In this document: one piece after another, positions 62,016 to 64,000 of the stretch | Numbering within the stretch: the stretch's first letter is position 1 | Layout: each line of letters starts with the position of its first letter | Assembly: GCA_963514005.1 (NCBI GenBank) | Contig: OY740811.1 | Location: 31,434,001 to 31,498,000, forward strand | DNA from: Raja brachyura | Lineage: Eukaryota | Reading direction: 5' to 3' | DNA: 64,000 bases | Made by a program: the position numbers and the translations under genes | Notes under the pieces: model-generated | The model's input: only the letters and a program-made list of their open reading frames with translations | The model's database searches: none | Told to the model about the DNA's origin: nothing

Positions 62016-63122
62016 CAAGTAATGTGCATGTAGATGGGGGAAAACTGCAGATGCTGGTTCAGAGGGAAACAAATCTGCCGAGCTGCCCTACGTGTGTGTA
62101 TATCCTTATTTAGTTCTGTTTTAACATATAGAGGATATTCAGCTTGGGTAGCTTACAACCTAACAGTATGAACATTGAGTTCTCAAATTTTAGGTAACTC
62201 TCTTCCCTGTGCCCCTGGTGGATACACAACCATTTCTCCATTAGCCCTTCACCTGCATTCCTTCCTCTGGCTTCTCAATTCATAATTCTACCCGTACCTC
62301 ACCACATTTGTCTTCTCATCTCTGACTTTTGCCCAACCCAACCACAATGGTATCTTACCTATCACTCGGTAAGCAAACGAGCATCTGCAGTTCCTTGTCC
62401 CTTCAGTAAGAAACCCAGTTAAATATACAACTCATGTAATTAGGGGCAGCTTAGGATTTTAAGAAAATCTGTTACCTTTAAGAGAACAAAACAAATGCTA
62501 AAGATAGACACAAAATGCTGGAATAACTCTGGGGCACAGTGGTATGAATATTGATTTTTCTAACTTCAAGGAACCCCTGCTCCCTCTCTTCATCCATCCC
62601 CCACCCAAGTTGTTCCAGCTTTAAAGTTGTCTTGTTAAGTCTAATTGTCTGTGCTCGTTCTCACTTAGCAAACAGCTAACAATGGCCCATTTCTTTTATC
62701 ATCATTACTTTTTTGTCTATCTTTCTTTATTTTTTTCTATATCTCTCTCTATGTCACCATCTATATCACTCGTTTCCCTTTCCCCACCTTTCAGTCTGAA
62801 GGGTCTCGACCCGAAACATCACCTATTCCTTTTCTCAAGAGATGCTGTCTGGGCTGCTGAGTTACTCCAGCTTTTTGTGTCTATCTTCATGTAATTCGGA
62901 GTTAGTTTTACCAGCATCTTCTTTTCCTACTTTCCCCAAATTGCCACGGAAAGGATGTTTGGTTTAAGACCTATTGTTTCAGTTAATTAAGCAGCATAAT
63001 GCAGTTGGAAAATACATCAGTATTGATATCACCGACTTCTGAAGAATACAAGGAACATTTTCCATCTTATTGAAATACAAAATGTTATGGGAGAATGACA
63101 ATCTTGATAGGGTAGGGCAGGC

Positions 63123-63615
63123 TTGAAATTCAAATTCCTGGGTGTGCATATTTCCAAAGATCTTTCCTGGACCCAGCACACCGATGCAATTATAAAGAAG
63201 GCACATCACCGACTCTACTTCCTGAGAAGATTACGGAGATTTGGCACATTGAAGAAGATTATCCTAAACTTCTACAGGTGCACGGTAGAGAGCATTCTGA
63301 CTGGTTGCATCGTGGCCTGGTTGCGCAACTTGAACGTCACACACTTATCTCACCACTGCCATCAGGAAGAAGGTACAGGAAAACTATAACGTCCAGGTTC
63401 AGGAACAGCTTCTTCCCTACAGCCATCAGGCTATTAAACACAAAAATAAGCTCTGAACTGCAAAAGACTATATTATTATTGCACTATATTTGTTCCTTTT
63501 TTTTCTCTTCCCCTATGTTAATGTACTATGTTTACACATTCTGTTGTGCTGCAGCAAGTAAGAATTTCATTGTCCCATCCGGGACGTGTGACAATAAAAC
63601 ACTCTTGACTCTTGA
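63123..63615 (+). mobile_element. Rex1/Babar-type LINE 3' fragment
   Basis: FKFLGVHISKDLSW...RLYFLRRLRRFG...FYRCTVESILTGCIVAW; tail GTCCCATCCGGGACGTGTGACAATAAA then (ACTCTTG)2. Confidence 0.85.
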
Positions 63616-64000
63616 TTGACCTACTTCTGCTCCTATTTTCATTTGTTCGTCATAGAAACACATCTCTTTTTAATAAAGATCATCCATCCAGAACAGTTGG
63701 ATATCTAGCTATTTGAAGACCCATTTCGTCATCACACAGAGGTCTTGGGAACATCAGAGATGTTCAAAAATAACCTTCAAACATTTCTACCATTATGCAA
63801 AATATAATTAACCAAAAATTAATGTGGTACATTTACATATTTACACATGGTATAAAACCACAATTGACAGCAAACAAAGTCAGTTAGGAACAAGTACACA
63901 TGGTTTCCACAACACAAATGGGTAGTTGCTGAGAAACTACAAAAATACTGCTGGGAAGCAATTACTGGATTTGTTACAAAGCATCACTAAATATACATGC

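Overview
Vertebrate genomic DNA, inferred to be a cartilaginous fish (probably a skate or ray) from its repeat families. Three spliced genes can be rebuilt with phase-consistent GT-AG junctions. (1) TMEM82 (+): 6 coding exons at 1-8233, with the start probably just upstream of the window. (2) A two-coding-exon, 189-aa multidomain Bcl-2-family gene on the minus strand (11377-17435) that best fits bcl2l16/Bcl-WAV. (3) FBLIM1/migfilin (+): 7 coding exons at 39027-57829, 372 aa, 3 LIM domains. The rest is dense in transposon debris: CR1-type, Tx1/L1-type, Rex1/Babar-type and RTE LINE fragments, HE1/V-SINE-like SINEs, PIF/Harbinger-like MITEs and LTR remnants. Three observations stand out. First, an abundant Penelope-derived fold-back element of about 150-380 bp with 12-16 bp target-site duplications, carrying a minimal hammerhead-ribozyme-like core, on both strands in the best copy. 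Second, an 8.3-kb array of a 42-bp satellite visibly derived from a CR1 LINE 3' end. Third, the Bcl-WAV-like gene lying between TMEM82 and FBLIM1. All identifications come from reading the sequence and recalled family knowledge; no searches were run, and repeat boundaries are approximate.
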